A DNA stretch of 64,000 nt from contig JBOHUM010000014.1 in the NCBI GenBank assembly GCA_050734515.1, positions 65,089 to 129,088 on the forward strand. Direction: 5' to 3'. Shown one piece after another: positions 8,488-20,074 of the stretch (position 1 is its first letter; every line of letters begins with the position of its first letter). The DNA is from Candidatus Dormibacteria bacterium (GTDB lineage: Bacteria > Chloroflexota > Dormibacteria > Aeolococcales > Bog-877). Made by a program: the position numbers and the translations under genes. The notes beneath the pieces are model-generated. The model ran no database searches. It was given only the letters and a program-made list of their open reading frames with translations, and was not told the DNA's origin.

Positions 8488-9980
8488 AGGGGGAGGCACC
8501 GGAGCCGATCTGGGCCGGCCCCGAGCCTTTGCTCTTCGAGCTCGCCCCGGAGCCGGGCGCGGGACCCTTGCTGCCCGAGCCCGGGGTCGAGCTCTACGCA
8601 ATCAGCGAGGCCCTCCCGGAGCGGTGGCGCCGCCGCCGTCCGGCTCGGATCCCAGCTGTCAACGAGCCCGAGCTCGCCCGGCACTTCGGCCGCCTGGCCC
8701 GCCGCAACCACAACCTGCAGCAGGGTGCCTACCCGCTGGGCTCCTGCACCATGAAGTACAACCCGGCCGTCAACGAGCAGGCGGCGAGCCTGGACGGCTT
8801 CGCCGACATCCATCCCTGGCAGCCGGTGGACTCGATCCAGGGTGCCATGGAGTTGATGTGGGAGCTGGAGCAGCTGCTGATCGAGATCACCGGGATGAAG
8901 GCGGTCTCGCTGCAGCCAGCCGCTGGTGCGCACGGCGAGTGGACCGGCCTGCGCATGGTCCAGGCCTATCACGCCCGGCGCGAGCAGCGGCAACGTTCCG
9001 AGGTGATCATTCCCGACACCGCGCACGGCACCAATCCCGCCAGCGCCGCTCAGTGCGGGCTCACGGTGGTCACAGTCCGCAGTGCCGCCGATGGAACGGT
9101 GGACCTGGATGACTTCCGCTCCAAGCTGGGACCAAAGGTAGCGGCCGTGATGCTCACAAACCCCAATACCATGGGGCTTTTTGAGCGCAACATCGCGCGC
9201 ATGGCCACCCTGGCCCATGAGGCGGGGGCGCTACTCTACTACGACGGTGCCAACCTTAACGCGCTGGTCGGGTTGGCGCGTCCTGGCGACATGGGATTTG
9301 ACGTCGTCCACTTAAATCTGCACAAGACTTTCTCCACGCCGCACGGTGGCGGAGGGCCGGGCGCCGGACCCGTGGGGGTCACCGCCGCCCTCGCTGACTA
9401 CCTTCCCGTGCCACGGATCGTGCGCAGTGACGGCGGGTACGACTGGGACTACGACCGACCGCACAGTATTGGCAAGGTGCGCTCCTTTTACGGCAACTTC
9501 GGCATGCTGGTACGCGCCTACGCGTACATCCGCGCCTACGGTGACGGCATCGACCAGGTTGCCAAGGACGCGGTGCTGGGGGCGCGCTATCTGCGCAAGC
9601 TGCTCGAGGACTGCCTTCCGGTCGCGGTGGATGGAGACTCCTTCCACGAATTCGTGGCCACGCCGCGCAAGGCACCCCGCTACGCCTCCATCAAGGCGCT
9701 CGACGTGGCCAAGCGCATGATTGACTACGGCGTCTATCCGCCCACCGTCTACTTCCCCCTCACCGTCCCCGAGGCGATGATGTTCGAGCCCACCGAGACC
9801 GAGTCGAAGCGGGCGCTGGACCAGCTGGCTGCGATCGTGGCCCGGATCATGGCTGAGGGGGCCAGCGACCCGGAGCTGTTGCGCCAGGCGCCCCACCAGG
9901 CCCCGGTGGGCCGGGTGGACGAGGTCACGGCTGCGCGCCGGCCGGTGCTGCGCTGGCGGCCTGACCCCGAACCGGAGTGA
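8484..9980 (+). CDS. gcvPB: glycine dehydrogenase (decarboxylating) subunit 2
   Basis: 498 aa with GSCTMKYNP, the PLP-lysine region HLNLHKTFSTPHGGGGPG, and a GTGA overlap with gcvPA. Confidence 0.95.
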   Translation: MKGEAPEPIWAGPEPLLFELAPEPGAGPLLPEPGVELYAISEALPERWRRRRPARIPAVNEPELARHFGRLARRNHNLQQGAYPLGSCTMKYNPAVNEQAASLDGFADIHPWQPVDSIQGAMELMWELEQLLIEITGMKAVSLQPAAGAHGEWTGLRMVQAYHARREQRQRSEVIIPDTAHGTNPASAAQCGLTVVTVRSAADGTVDLDDFRSKLGPKVAAVMLTNPNTMGLFERNIARMATLAHEAGALLYYDGANLNALVGLARPGDMGFDVVHLNLHKTFSTPHGGGGPGAGPVGVTAALADYLPVPRIVRSDGGYDWDYDRPHSIGKVRSFYGNFGMLVRAYAYIRAYGDGIDQVAKDAVLGARYLRKLLEDCLPVAVDGDSFHEFVATPRKAPRYASIKALDVAKRMIDYGVYPPTVYFPLTVPEAMMFEPTETESKRALDQLAAIVARIMAEGASDPELLRQAPHQAPVGRVDEVTAARRPVLRWRPDPEPE

Positions 9981-10564
9981 GCGTCGCGGGCCTGGAGCGC
10001 CAGCAGCTCCTGGCCCTGATCAGGGAGCGAGCCTTTCGGGTGGGCGACTTCGTCCTCGCCAGCGGCCGGCACAGCCCCTACTACTTCGACGGCCGCCTGG
10101 TGACGCTCGACCCCGTGGGAGCCGGGCTGGTGGGGCGCGCCCTGCTTGATTTTGCCCGCCGGGACGGGGTGGAGCGGGTGGGTGGGCCGAGCCTGGGAGC
10201 GGACCCGATGGTCACCGCGGTCGCCCTCTGCAGCGCCCTGGACGATGGACCCCGGGTCTCGGCGTTCATCGTGCGCAAGCAGGTCAAGGAGCACGGAGTT
10301 GCGGGCTGGTGCGCCGGTCCGCCCCCCCAAGCCGGCGAAGCCGTGGCCCTGGTTGACGACACCCTCACCACCGGCGGGTCGCTCTTGGAGGCCGCAGCCC
10401 CGGTCAGCGCATCCGGCGCCCGGATCGTCGCCGTGTACACGCTTCTCGACCGCGAGGAGGGGGGTCGGCAACGTCTCGAGGCCGAGGGCTACAAGGTGCG
10501 GTCGGTATTCATGCGCTCTCAGCTCCTCGGCGCCGAAGGGGCCAATCCGCTCCCGCTCGCCTGA
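9977..10564 (+). CDS. pyrE: orotate phosphoribosyltransferase
   Basis: 195 aa with F.LASGR.SPYYFD and the PRPP-binding loop VALVDDTLTTGGS. GTGA overlap with gcvPB. Confidence 0.9.
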   Translation: MSVAGLERQQLLALIRERAFRVGDFVLASGRHSPYYFDGRLVTLDPVGAGLVGRALLDFARRDGVERVGGPSLGADPMVTAVALCSALDDGPRVSAFIVRKQVKEHGVAGWCAGPPPQAGEAVALVDDTLTTGGSLLEAAAPVSASGARIVAVYTLLDREEGGRQRLEAEGYKVRSVFMRSQLLGAEGANPLPLA

Positions 10565-10587
10565 CTCGGGAGGGCTAGGCTTCGGCT

Positions 10588-11307
10588 GTGGGTGGAACTC
10601 GGGTTCGGCGCCTGCTCGCTCTGTCGGCGCTGCTCGGGGCGCTGGGAGTGGCCGGCTGTGGGTCGGCACCGAGCGCGGCCCAGGCCGTCGCCGCCCTGGG
10701 CCGCGGGCTTCCGGTCCGCAGCCATGCCCAGCCGCTTCACAGCGCCCTGGTCACCAGCAGCCCCGACGGTGGCTTCTACAACGATCCCACCTACATCCAC
10801 TTCTACTTCCTGCGGCGAGTGCCCCTGAGGGACGTGCTTCCCCTGCTCCCCAGCCAGGAAGCCCAAGATGCCGAGAGCCTCGCCAACCTCGGGCCGCTGC
10901 TGGAGGTGATCGGGGAGGCCACCAATCCCGGGGCCTCGACCACCGCGGTCGACCTCACCCAGAGTGTGCTGGAGTCCACCGTGACCCGCCGCCTCGACCC
11001 CAAGCGGGCCACGACGTCAGTGCAGCGCAGTTACTACGACCCGATCCGGCCGATCGTGGTCCTCTCCAGCTACCGTCTCGACGTCTGCTCTGCCGATGTC
11101 AACCCCGGGGCCAAGGTCTGGATGCTGGCGGTGTTCCCGCCGGTTAGCACCCGCTTCCCGGTGGCGGTGTACGACCCGGAGTTTGTCAAGCCGGCCGCCA
11201 AGGGCTTCTTCCTGCCGGTGGAGCGCGGTGCGCTGCCGGCCAGCGTGCCCCGGGCTCTGTACGCCGAGGACGTGGACCGCTGCATCCAGATCCTGAACGA
11301 GAGCTGA
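10588..11307 (+). CDS. hypothetical lipoprotein
   Basis: 239 aa with a signal peptide and lipobox (LLGALGVAGCGS). I recognise no catalytic motif. TAGGCT lies 6 nt upstream of the GTG start. Confidence 0.6.
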   Translation: MGGTRVRRLLALSALLGALGVAGCGSAPSAAQAVAALGRGLPVRSHAQPLHSALVTSSPDGGFYNDPTYIHFYFLRRVPLRDVLPLLPSQEAQDAESLANLGPLLEVIGEATNPGASTTAVDLTQSVLESTVTRRLDPKRATTSVQRSYYDPIRPIVVLSSYRLDVCSADVNPGAKVWMLAVFPPVSTRFPVAVYDPEFVKPAAKGFFLPVERGALPASVPRALYAEDVDRCIQILNES

Positions 11308-11327
11308 GCGACCGGCGCCGGCGCCTG

Positions 11328-11939
11328 GTGGGGCAGCTGCGCCGCCGGGGCATCACCAGCGCGCCGGCCCTGGCGGCCCTGGAGATGGTGCCGCGCGAGC
11401 TGTTCCTTCCCGCCCGGATGCGCGATCGCGCCTACGAGGACCGGGCGCTGCCAATCGGCGCCGGCCAGACCTGCTCCCAGCCCTGGATCGTGGCCGCGGT
11501 GGTGCAGGCGCTGGAACTCGCCCCCGGAGGCGCAGTGCTCGAGATCGGCGCCGGCAGCGGCTACCTGGCCGCAGTGCTCCGATCCGCGGGCGCGGGCAGG
11601 GTGGTGACCGTCGAGCTGATCCCGGAGCTGGCGGCGCGGGCCCGGTCCAACCTCAACCGGGCGGGAGTGGAGGGAGTCGAGGTGCGCCTCGGCGACGGCG
11701 CCCGAGGCGCTCCCGGCGGAGCTCCGTTTGAGGCGGTGGTGATATCGGCGGTTGCGGCCCAGGTGCCCCCACGGTTGCCGGAGCAGGTGGCCCCGGGCGG
11801 GAGGCTGCTGTGCCCGCTGCGGATGGACGGGGAGGAACACCTTTGGGTGCACCGCCGCCTGGGGGACGGGTGGCAGCGGACCGATCTGGGGCCCTGCCGC
11901 TTCGTGCCCTTGCGCCGGCCCGACGGGGGCGAGGCTTGA
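11328..11939 (+). CDS. pcm: protein-L-isoaspartate O-methyltransferase
   Basis: 203 aa with VPRELFLP, the SAM motif VLEIGAGSGYLAAVL, and SQPWIVA. Confidence 0.9.
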   Translation: MGQLRRRGITSAPALAALEMVPRELFLPARMRDRAYEDRALPIGAGQTCSQPWIVAAVVQALELAPGGAVLEIGAGSGYLAAVLRSAGAGRVVTVELIPELAARARSNLNRAGVEGVEVRLGDGARGAPGGAPFEAVVISAVAAQVPPRLPEQVAPGGRLLCPLRMDGEEHLWVHRRLGDGWQRTDLGPCRFVPLRRPDGGEA

Positions 11940-11986
11940 GCCGGACTATGGTTGCCCGGTGCCATGGCCAGCAGGGCAGCCCATAG

Positions 11987-13093
11987 GTGAATAGCACCGC
12001 CGACCCGGTCGGCCACGGCGACGAGCCGGGGGCACTGCTCAGCGAAGGCGCGCCCACCTCGCCACCGTGGGTGCGGCCGATGCGGGGCGAACTCAGGGAG
12101 TTGGTGCTGCACAGTCGGCTGCTGAAGGCGAATCCCCTGGGTGACCCGGCAGAGCGACCACTCTGGGTCTACCTGCCTCCGGCCTATGCCCGAGATCAGG
12201 AGCGCCACTTTCCCGTCATCTATCTGCTCCAGGGGATGGCGGGCCAGGTCGACATGTGGCGTTCCCGGAGCAGCCTCCGGCCCACCTCACTGGAGCTGTT
12301 TGACGCGCTCTTCGCCGAGCCCGGGGTGCCGCCCTGCCTGCTGGTGATGGTCGACTGCTGGACCAGTCTGGGTGGCAGCCAGTTCCTCGACTCTCCCGCC
12401 ACCGGCCCGTACCACAGCTACTTCTGCAACGAGGTGGTACCTGCGGTGGACGCCCGCTTCCGCACGCTCCCGGACCGTGGCGCTCGCGCGGTGGGAGGCA
12501 AGTCCAGCGGAGGCTTCGGGGCCATGGTCTCGGCCCTGCTCCGGCCTGACCTCTTTAGCGCCTTTGCCAGCCATGCCGGGGACGCGCTCTTCGAGTACTG
12601 CTACCTGCCCGAGTTCCCCCAGGTGGTGCGCACCCTGAGGGATAGCTATCAGGGAAGCTACGATCGCTTCTGGGAGGACTTCCGGAGCCGCCCCGCCCTG
12701 AGCCGGCCATCCGACCGCTGGCTGCTCAACGTCTACTGCATGGCGGCGTGCTATTCCGCGGCCGAGGACGGCAGTGTCATCCTGCCCTTTGACGTGGCGA
12801 CCGGGGTGCTCCGCGACGAGGTGTGGGCAAGCTGGCTGCGCTGGGACCCGGTGCGCCTGATCGCTGCCCGGGCCGATGCCGCGCAGTCGCTCCAGGCCGC
12901 GTACTTGGATGGTGGCCTCGAGGACGAGTGGTACCTGGAGATAGCCGCCGCGGCGGTGGCGGCCGCGCTGCGGGCGCAGGGCCTGGAGACGGTCCGCCTT
13001 GATCTCTTCGACGGCGGGCACTTGGGGGTCGAGTACCGCTATCCGGTCGGGATCCGTTACCTGGCAGAGACGCTCGCCCCCGCCGCCGGCTGA
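11987..13093 (+). CDS. putative esterase (esterase D / enterochelin-esterase-like alpha/beta hydrolase)
   Basis: WVYLPPAY...FPVIYLLQG, then the nucleophile elbow GGKSSGGFGA. The start is uncertain: GTG at 11987 or ATG at 12080 (MRGELREL). Confidence 0.75.
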   Translation: MNSTADPVGHGDEPGALLSEGAPTSPPWVRPMRGELRELVLHSRLLKANPLGDPAERPLWVYLPPAYARDQERHFPVIYLLQGMAGQVDMWRSRSSLRPTSLELFDALFAEPGVPPCLLVMVDCWTSLGGSQFLDSPATGPYHSYFCNEVVPAVDARFRTLPDRGARAVGGKSSGGFGAMVSALLRPDLFSAFASHAGDALFEYCYLPEFPQVVRTLRDSYQGSYDRFWEDFRSRPALSRPSDRWLLNVYCMAACYSAAEDGSVILPFDVATGVLRDEVWASWLRWDPVRLIAARADAAQSLQAAYLDGGLEDEWYLEIAAAAVAAALRAQGLETVRLDLFDGGHLGVEYRYPVGIRYLAETLAPAAG

Positions 13094-13169
13094 GATCCCT
13101 GCTGGGGATCCAGGGCGCCCCGCCATGACGCGCCCCGGAGCTCAGCCCGAGCAGCGGAGGCCCGGGGTG

Positions 13170-14039
13170 CTAAGCGTCCGACTTGTACTCGTGGAAGCCG
13201 CGCCCGGTCTTGCGTCCCAGGTACCCTGCCTCGACCAGCCGTTGCAGGACCGGGTTGGGAGCGTAGCGGGGGTCGTGAAGCCCCCGGTGCATCACCCGAC
13301 AGATCCCCAGGAGCACGTCCAGACCGATGAAGTCGGCGAGCTCCAAGGGACCCATCGGGTGGCGGAAGCCGAGCTTGGCCACCCGGTCGATGTCAACGGC
13401 GCTGGCCACACCCTCTTGGAGCGCGAGGATGGCCTCGTTGAGATAGGGGATCAGAATCCGGTTGCCGATGAAGCCCGCGCTGTCGGCGGACCGCACTGGC
13501 GTCTTGCCCATGACTTTGCCCAGCTGTTCCAGGCGCGCATAGGTCACGTCGCCGGTTCTGACGCCGGGGATGAGCTCCACAAGTTCCATAACCGGGACCG
13601 GGCTGTAGAAGTGCATGCCCATGAAGCGCTCCGGGCGGGATGTGGCGGCGGCCAGCCGGGTGATCTGGATCGACGAGGTGTTGCTGGCGAAGAGGACCTC
13701 GGCCGGGCAGAGCTGGTCCAGCTCGCGAAAGAGGCCCAGCTTGGTCTCCAGGTCCTCGCTGACGGCCTCGATCACGACCGTGGTCGTGGCCGCGTCGGCC
13801 AGGTCGGAGGCCAGTTTGAGCCGCGATCCAACCGCCTCGCGGATCCCGGACTCCACCTTGCCCGCCGACTCGGCGCGCCCCAGGCGCTCCAGGATCCGCT
13901 CCCGAGCACGCTCCGCGGCGCCCGCGGCGCTGTCGAAGAGGGACACCGGTAGGCCCGCCTGGGCGGCGGTCTGGGCAATGCCGCCGCCCATCAGCCCGGC
14001 GCCGGCTACGAAGAGGCGCTCTTCGCTGCTCAGGCTCAG
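13170..14039 (-). CDS. 3-hydroxybutyryl-CoA / 3-hydroxyacyl-CoA dehydrogenase
   Basis: Rossmann motif FVAGAGLMGGGIAQ, SNTSS, FMGMHFYSPVP and a C-terminal domain (GRKTGRGFHEY). There is no ATG/GTG/TTG between the upstream stop and the Rossmann motif. I placed the start at the in-frame CTG at 14039 (CTGA overlap). The only canonical in-frame start is the ATG at 14225. Confidence 0.85.
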   Translation of the reverse strand: MSLSSEERLFVAGAGLMGGGIAQTAAQAGLPVSLFDSAAGAAERARERILERLGRAESAGKVESGIREAVGSRLKLASDLADAATTTVVIEAVSEDLETKLGLFRELDQLCPAEVLFASNTSSIQITRLAAATSRPERFMGMHFYSPVPVMELVELIPGVRTGDVTYARLEQLGKVMGKTPVRSADSAGFIGNRILIPYLNEAILALQEGVASAVDIDRVAKLGFRHPMGPLELADFIGLDVLLGICRVMHRGLHDPRYAPNPVLQRLVEAGYLGRKTGRGFHEYKSDA

Positions 14040-16642
14040 GGCGGTGGCCCTTCGGAGCTGGGAAGGGGACCCGGGCGCGGGCTCTGGCCGTCCGGGAACG
14101 AGGGGCGCGGCCCCCGGCGGCGGCGGCGGTTGCGTCGCCGCCTTGTCCCCGCCCCCGGTGCCACTGGAGCTTCGCCGACCGCAGTCCCGTCGCCGCTGGC
14201 GGGGGAGGGAGCTGGGCCCGCCCAACCGCCTCGGGAGCGGCGCCGGCGGCGCCGCCGACCACTGGGCGGCGGTAGGGCGCCCAGTTCACCAGGAGCGCCG
14301 GTCGCGGTGCCGGAAGCGGCCTGCGCGGCGGTGGCCTCAGCCAGGACCTGAGGGTGGCGGCGGCGCCGCCGCCGCCGTCGCCGGGGCAGACCTCCTGCCT
14401 CACTCTCGTTGGCGCCAGCGCCCGCCGCCAGGTTGCGCCGCTGAGGCCGGAGGTGGGCGGCGCGACCGCCGAGCAGATCAGTCGCCAGCAGATAGCCGCC
14501 GCAGTTCCGGGAGGCCTCGACCAGACGTCCGTACATGCTCTCCTCGCCAGCGCGCAGGGTGGCGGCGTCACCGACGCAGACCACCAGCCGGCGGGCCCGC
14601 GAGATGGCCACGTTGAGCCGGTTGGGCACCCGCAGGAAGCCGATCCGTCCCCGCTCGTTGCTGCGCACCAGGGAGATCACCACCATGTCCTCCTCGCGGC
14701 CCTCGAAGGAGTCGACGGTGTCGATTCGGACCTGGCGGCGGAAGTGGCGGCGGCTGAGGGACTGACGCAGGCGGTCCACCTGGTCGGCGTACATGGCGAT
14801 CACAGCCAAGGAGAGCTGGGGGTCGACTCTCTCGTCGAGGATGCGGACCACTTGGGCGCAGACCCGTACCTCAGCGTCGTTGCGCAGGGCTCCCCCTGCT
14901 CCCCGGCGCTCACGGCCGCCCCGCAGGCCGGCGGTGTCGACCATGTGCAGGGCCACCGGCAGGGGTCGGCGGGTGACGTACTGGTACTCCAGCACCTCGG
15001 GGGCGTTCTCCAGCTGGTTGTCGTACGACGCCGCGCTGACGTAGCCGGCGATCTCCGGGTGCATCCGATGCTGCTCCACCAAGAGGCAGCGGGCCTGGTC
15101 GGGAACCCCGTTGTCCCAGCAGCGCTCGAAGAGACTGGTGTCGACGATCTCCTCCAGTTCCGGCCGGTCCTCGACGATCTCGTAGATAGCGTCGTCCTCG
15201 ACCGGGGGCAGCTGCTTGTGGTCGCCGACCAGCACCACCGCCGCACCCAGGCGCAGGCAGGGCAGGGCCTCGTCGATCCGGGCCTTATTGGCCTCGTCGA
15301 GGATCACCACGTCGAAGGGCTCGTCGGTGGTGATCGAGGAGGTGGCGGCGGTGGCGCAGGTGGCGAAGAAGACGTTGGCGTCGACCAGGCGCTCGTCGTC
15401 CTCGTCCTCAATCCTGAAGGCGTCGACTGCCGGGTGGACCCGCTCTGCCTTGGCCACCCGCACCGCCCGCAGCCCGGGGGTGCCTGCCAGGCGCTCGAGC
15501 GCGTTGTCCACCGCCAGGTTGCTGTGGGAGCAGACCAGGATCCGCTCTTGGGGGCGCTCGCCCAGCCGGTGCTTGATGGCCTCGACGATCACCGTGGTCT
15601 TGCCGGTGCCGGGTGGTCCCTGGATCAGGGCCGCCTGGCCCGGCTCCAGGGCGACCATGATGCCGATGGCGCGGTCCTGGGCGGGGTTGCTGTGCATACC
15701 CGGGGTGACCCAGTCGCTGCGGGGGGCCGCGGCCGGGGCGTAGACGGCGGTGGGCTCGGTGAGCAGCTGGGCCAGGAGCAGGCTGCGCGCCTCACCGGCG
15801 GCGATCGAGGCCAGGGTGCTGCGCTTGGAGGCGTAGAGCTGCTTGTTGAAGGAGGGTGTGATCCAGCCGCTGCTGCCCGCGGCCTCGTAGGCCTTGCAGG
15901 CGACCTCGACCAAGCGGCGTCGGTGATCGATGCGCGTCACCCGGCCCAGGTAGTGGGGCTCGTCCTCGGGCTCCACCATCACCGCGGAATCGACCGCCAG
16001 GGTGATGGTGTGTTCCTTGGGCACCGAGAACTCCAGCCGGCCCAGCTCCGGCCGGCGCCGGTCCTCCTCGGTGAACTCCCTCCCGCAGGATGGGCAGCGC
16101 TCGTCCCGGTCGGCTCGCCAGAGCCCACGGCAGCTGCGGCAGCGCCAGATCTCCACCACCCCCTCAAAGGGGGTGCGCTGGGTGGCTGCCCGGGTGCGCT
16201 CGGCGTTCTCCAGGCCATCCACCAGGGCCAGGGTCTGGAGCAGGATCGCGTCCGGCTGGGAGGCCCCCCGGGCGAGCAGGGCCAGGTCGAGCAGGTGGAA
16301 GGTATCGGTGCTGACCCCGTTGTCGGGGCTGACCAGGGGTTCGCGGCAGCGCACCCGGATCACCCGGCTGCCCAGCTCGGCCCGCTCCGGGGGAGCGGGG
16401 CGGACGGCGTCGACCCGGAGCGCGGTGCGCTCCCGCCGGGCGCGGGCCGGCCGCACTGGGGTGCAGGCGACGTCCAGGCCGGGCAGGAGCAGGGTCACCG
16501 AGATCGGGTCGCTGGGGCTGGCCAGCACGGAGAAGTCGTCCAGTTCGCCAATCTGGGTGGCGAAGTGCTGGCGGGCGTCCCCCAGCCCCTGGCCGTTGAG
16601 GGCCTCGAGGAACGACATCGCTTCGGATCGCTCGGGCACCAC
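14036..16642 (-). CDS. Upf1/DNA2-like superfamily-1 helicase with N-terminal Zn-ribbon domain and poly-Arg C-terminal tail
   Basis: 868 aa with Walker A GPPGTGKTT, Walker B VILDEANK, VGDHKQLPP, QHRMHPEI, VDSFEGREEDMVVISLVRSN and NRLNVAISRARR. The N-terminal ~330 aa contain CRSCRG...CPSCG. The C-terminus carries three R6-R9 runs. An alternative ATG start lies at 16618. Confidence 0.85.
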   Translation of the reverse strand: MVPERSEAMSFLEALNGQGLGDARQHFATQIGELDDFSVLASPSDPISVTLLLPGLDVACTPVRPARARRERTALRVDAVRPAPPERAELGSRVIRVRCREPLVSPDNGVSTDTFHLLDLALLARGASQPDAILLQTLALVDGLENAERTRAATQRTPFEGVVEIWRCRSCRGLWRADRDERCPSCGREFTEEDRRRPELGRLEFSVPKEHTITLAVDSAVMVEPEDEPHYLGRVTRIDHRRRLVEVACKAYEAAGSSGWITPSFNKQLYASKRSTLASIAAGEARSLLLAQLLTEPTAVYAPAAAPRSDWVTPGMHSNPAQDRAIGIMVALEPGQAALIQGPPGTGKTTVIVEAIKHRLGERPQERILVCSHSNLAVDNALERLAGTPGLRAVRVAKAERVHPAVDAFRIEDEDDERLVDANVFFATCATAATSSITTDEPFDVVILDEANKARIDEALPCLRLGAAVVLVGDHKQLPPVEDDAIYEIVEDRPELEEIVDTSLFERCWDNGVPDQARCLLVEQHRMHPEIAGYVSAASYDNQLENAPEVLEYQYVTRRPLPVALHMVDTAGLRGGRERRGAGGALRNDAEVRVCAQVVRILDERVDPQLSLAVIAMYADQVDRLRQSLSRRHFRRQVRIDTVDSFEGREEDMVVISLVRSNERGRIGFLRVPNRLNVAISRARRLVVCVGDAATLRAGEESMYGRLVEASRNCGGYLLATDLLGGRAAHLRPQRRNLAAGAGANESEAGGLPRRRRRRRRRHPQVLAEATAAQAASGTATGAPGELGALPPPSGRRRRRRRSRGGWAGPAPSPASGDGTAVGEAPVAPGAGTRRRRNRRRRRGPRPSFPDGQSPRPGPLPSSEGPPP

Positions 16643-16913
16643 CAGGTGAAGGTGCTCCAGCGTCAGGTTGGGAGCCGTCAGGGCGCCACTTTCCTCCGGA
16701 GGGAACCGCGTGGGGAACTAGCCTGGAACAGGCGAGTGGTCTCGGTCTCCTTGACTGAGGCCGCGACCTCGGGCATGAGGCCTAGGGCCGGCGGGCCCGG
16801 CCGAGACTCGGCGGGCCGCCATGTAGTGCGAAAGATAGCGCGAAACCGCCCGCCCTGTGCGGCCGGCGTTCGCCGCCGCCGCCTCCCGGCCACTCTGAAG
16901 GCGACTTGCGGAC

Positions 16914-20071
<3,158 letters not shown>

Positions 20072-20074
20072 GTC

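Noticed and set aside
14100-14400. (GGC/GCC/CGG)n tracts considered as a simple-sequence repeat locus or CRISPR-like array.
   Set aside because: The tracts are short and imperfect. They encode the poly-Arg runs of the helicase tail in frame. I saw no repeat-spacer periodicity anywhere in the window.
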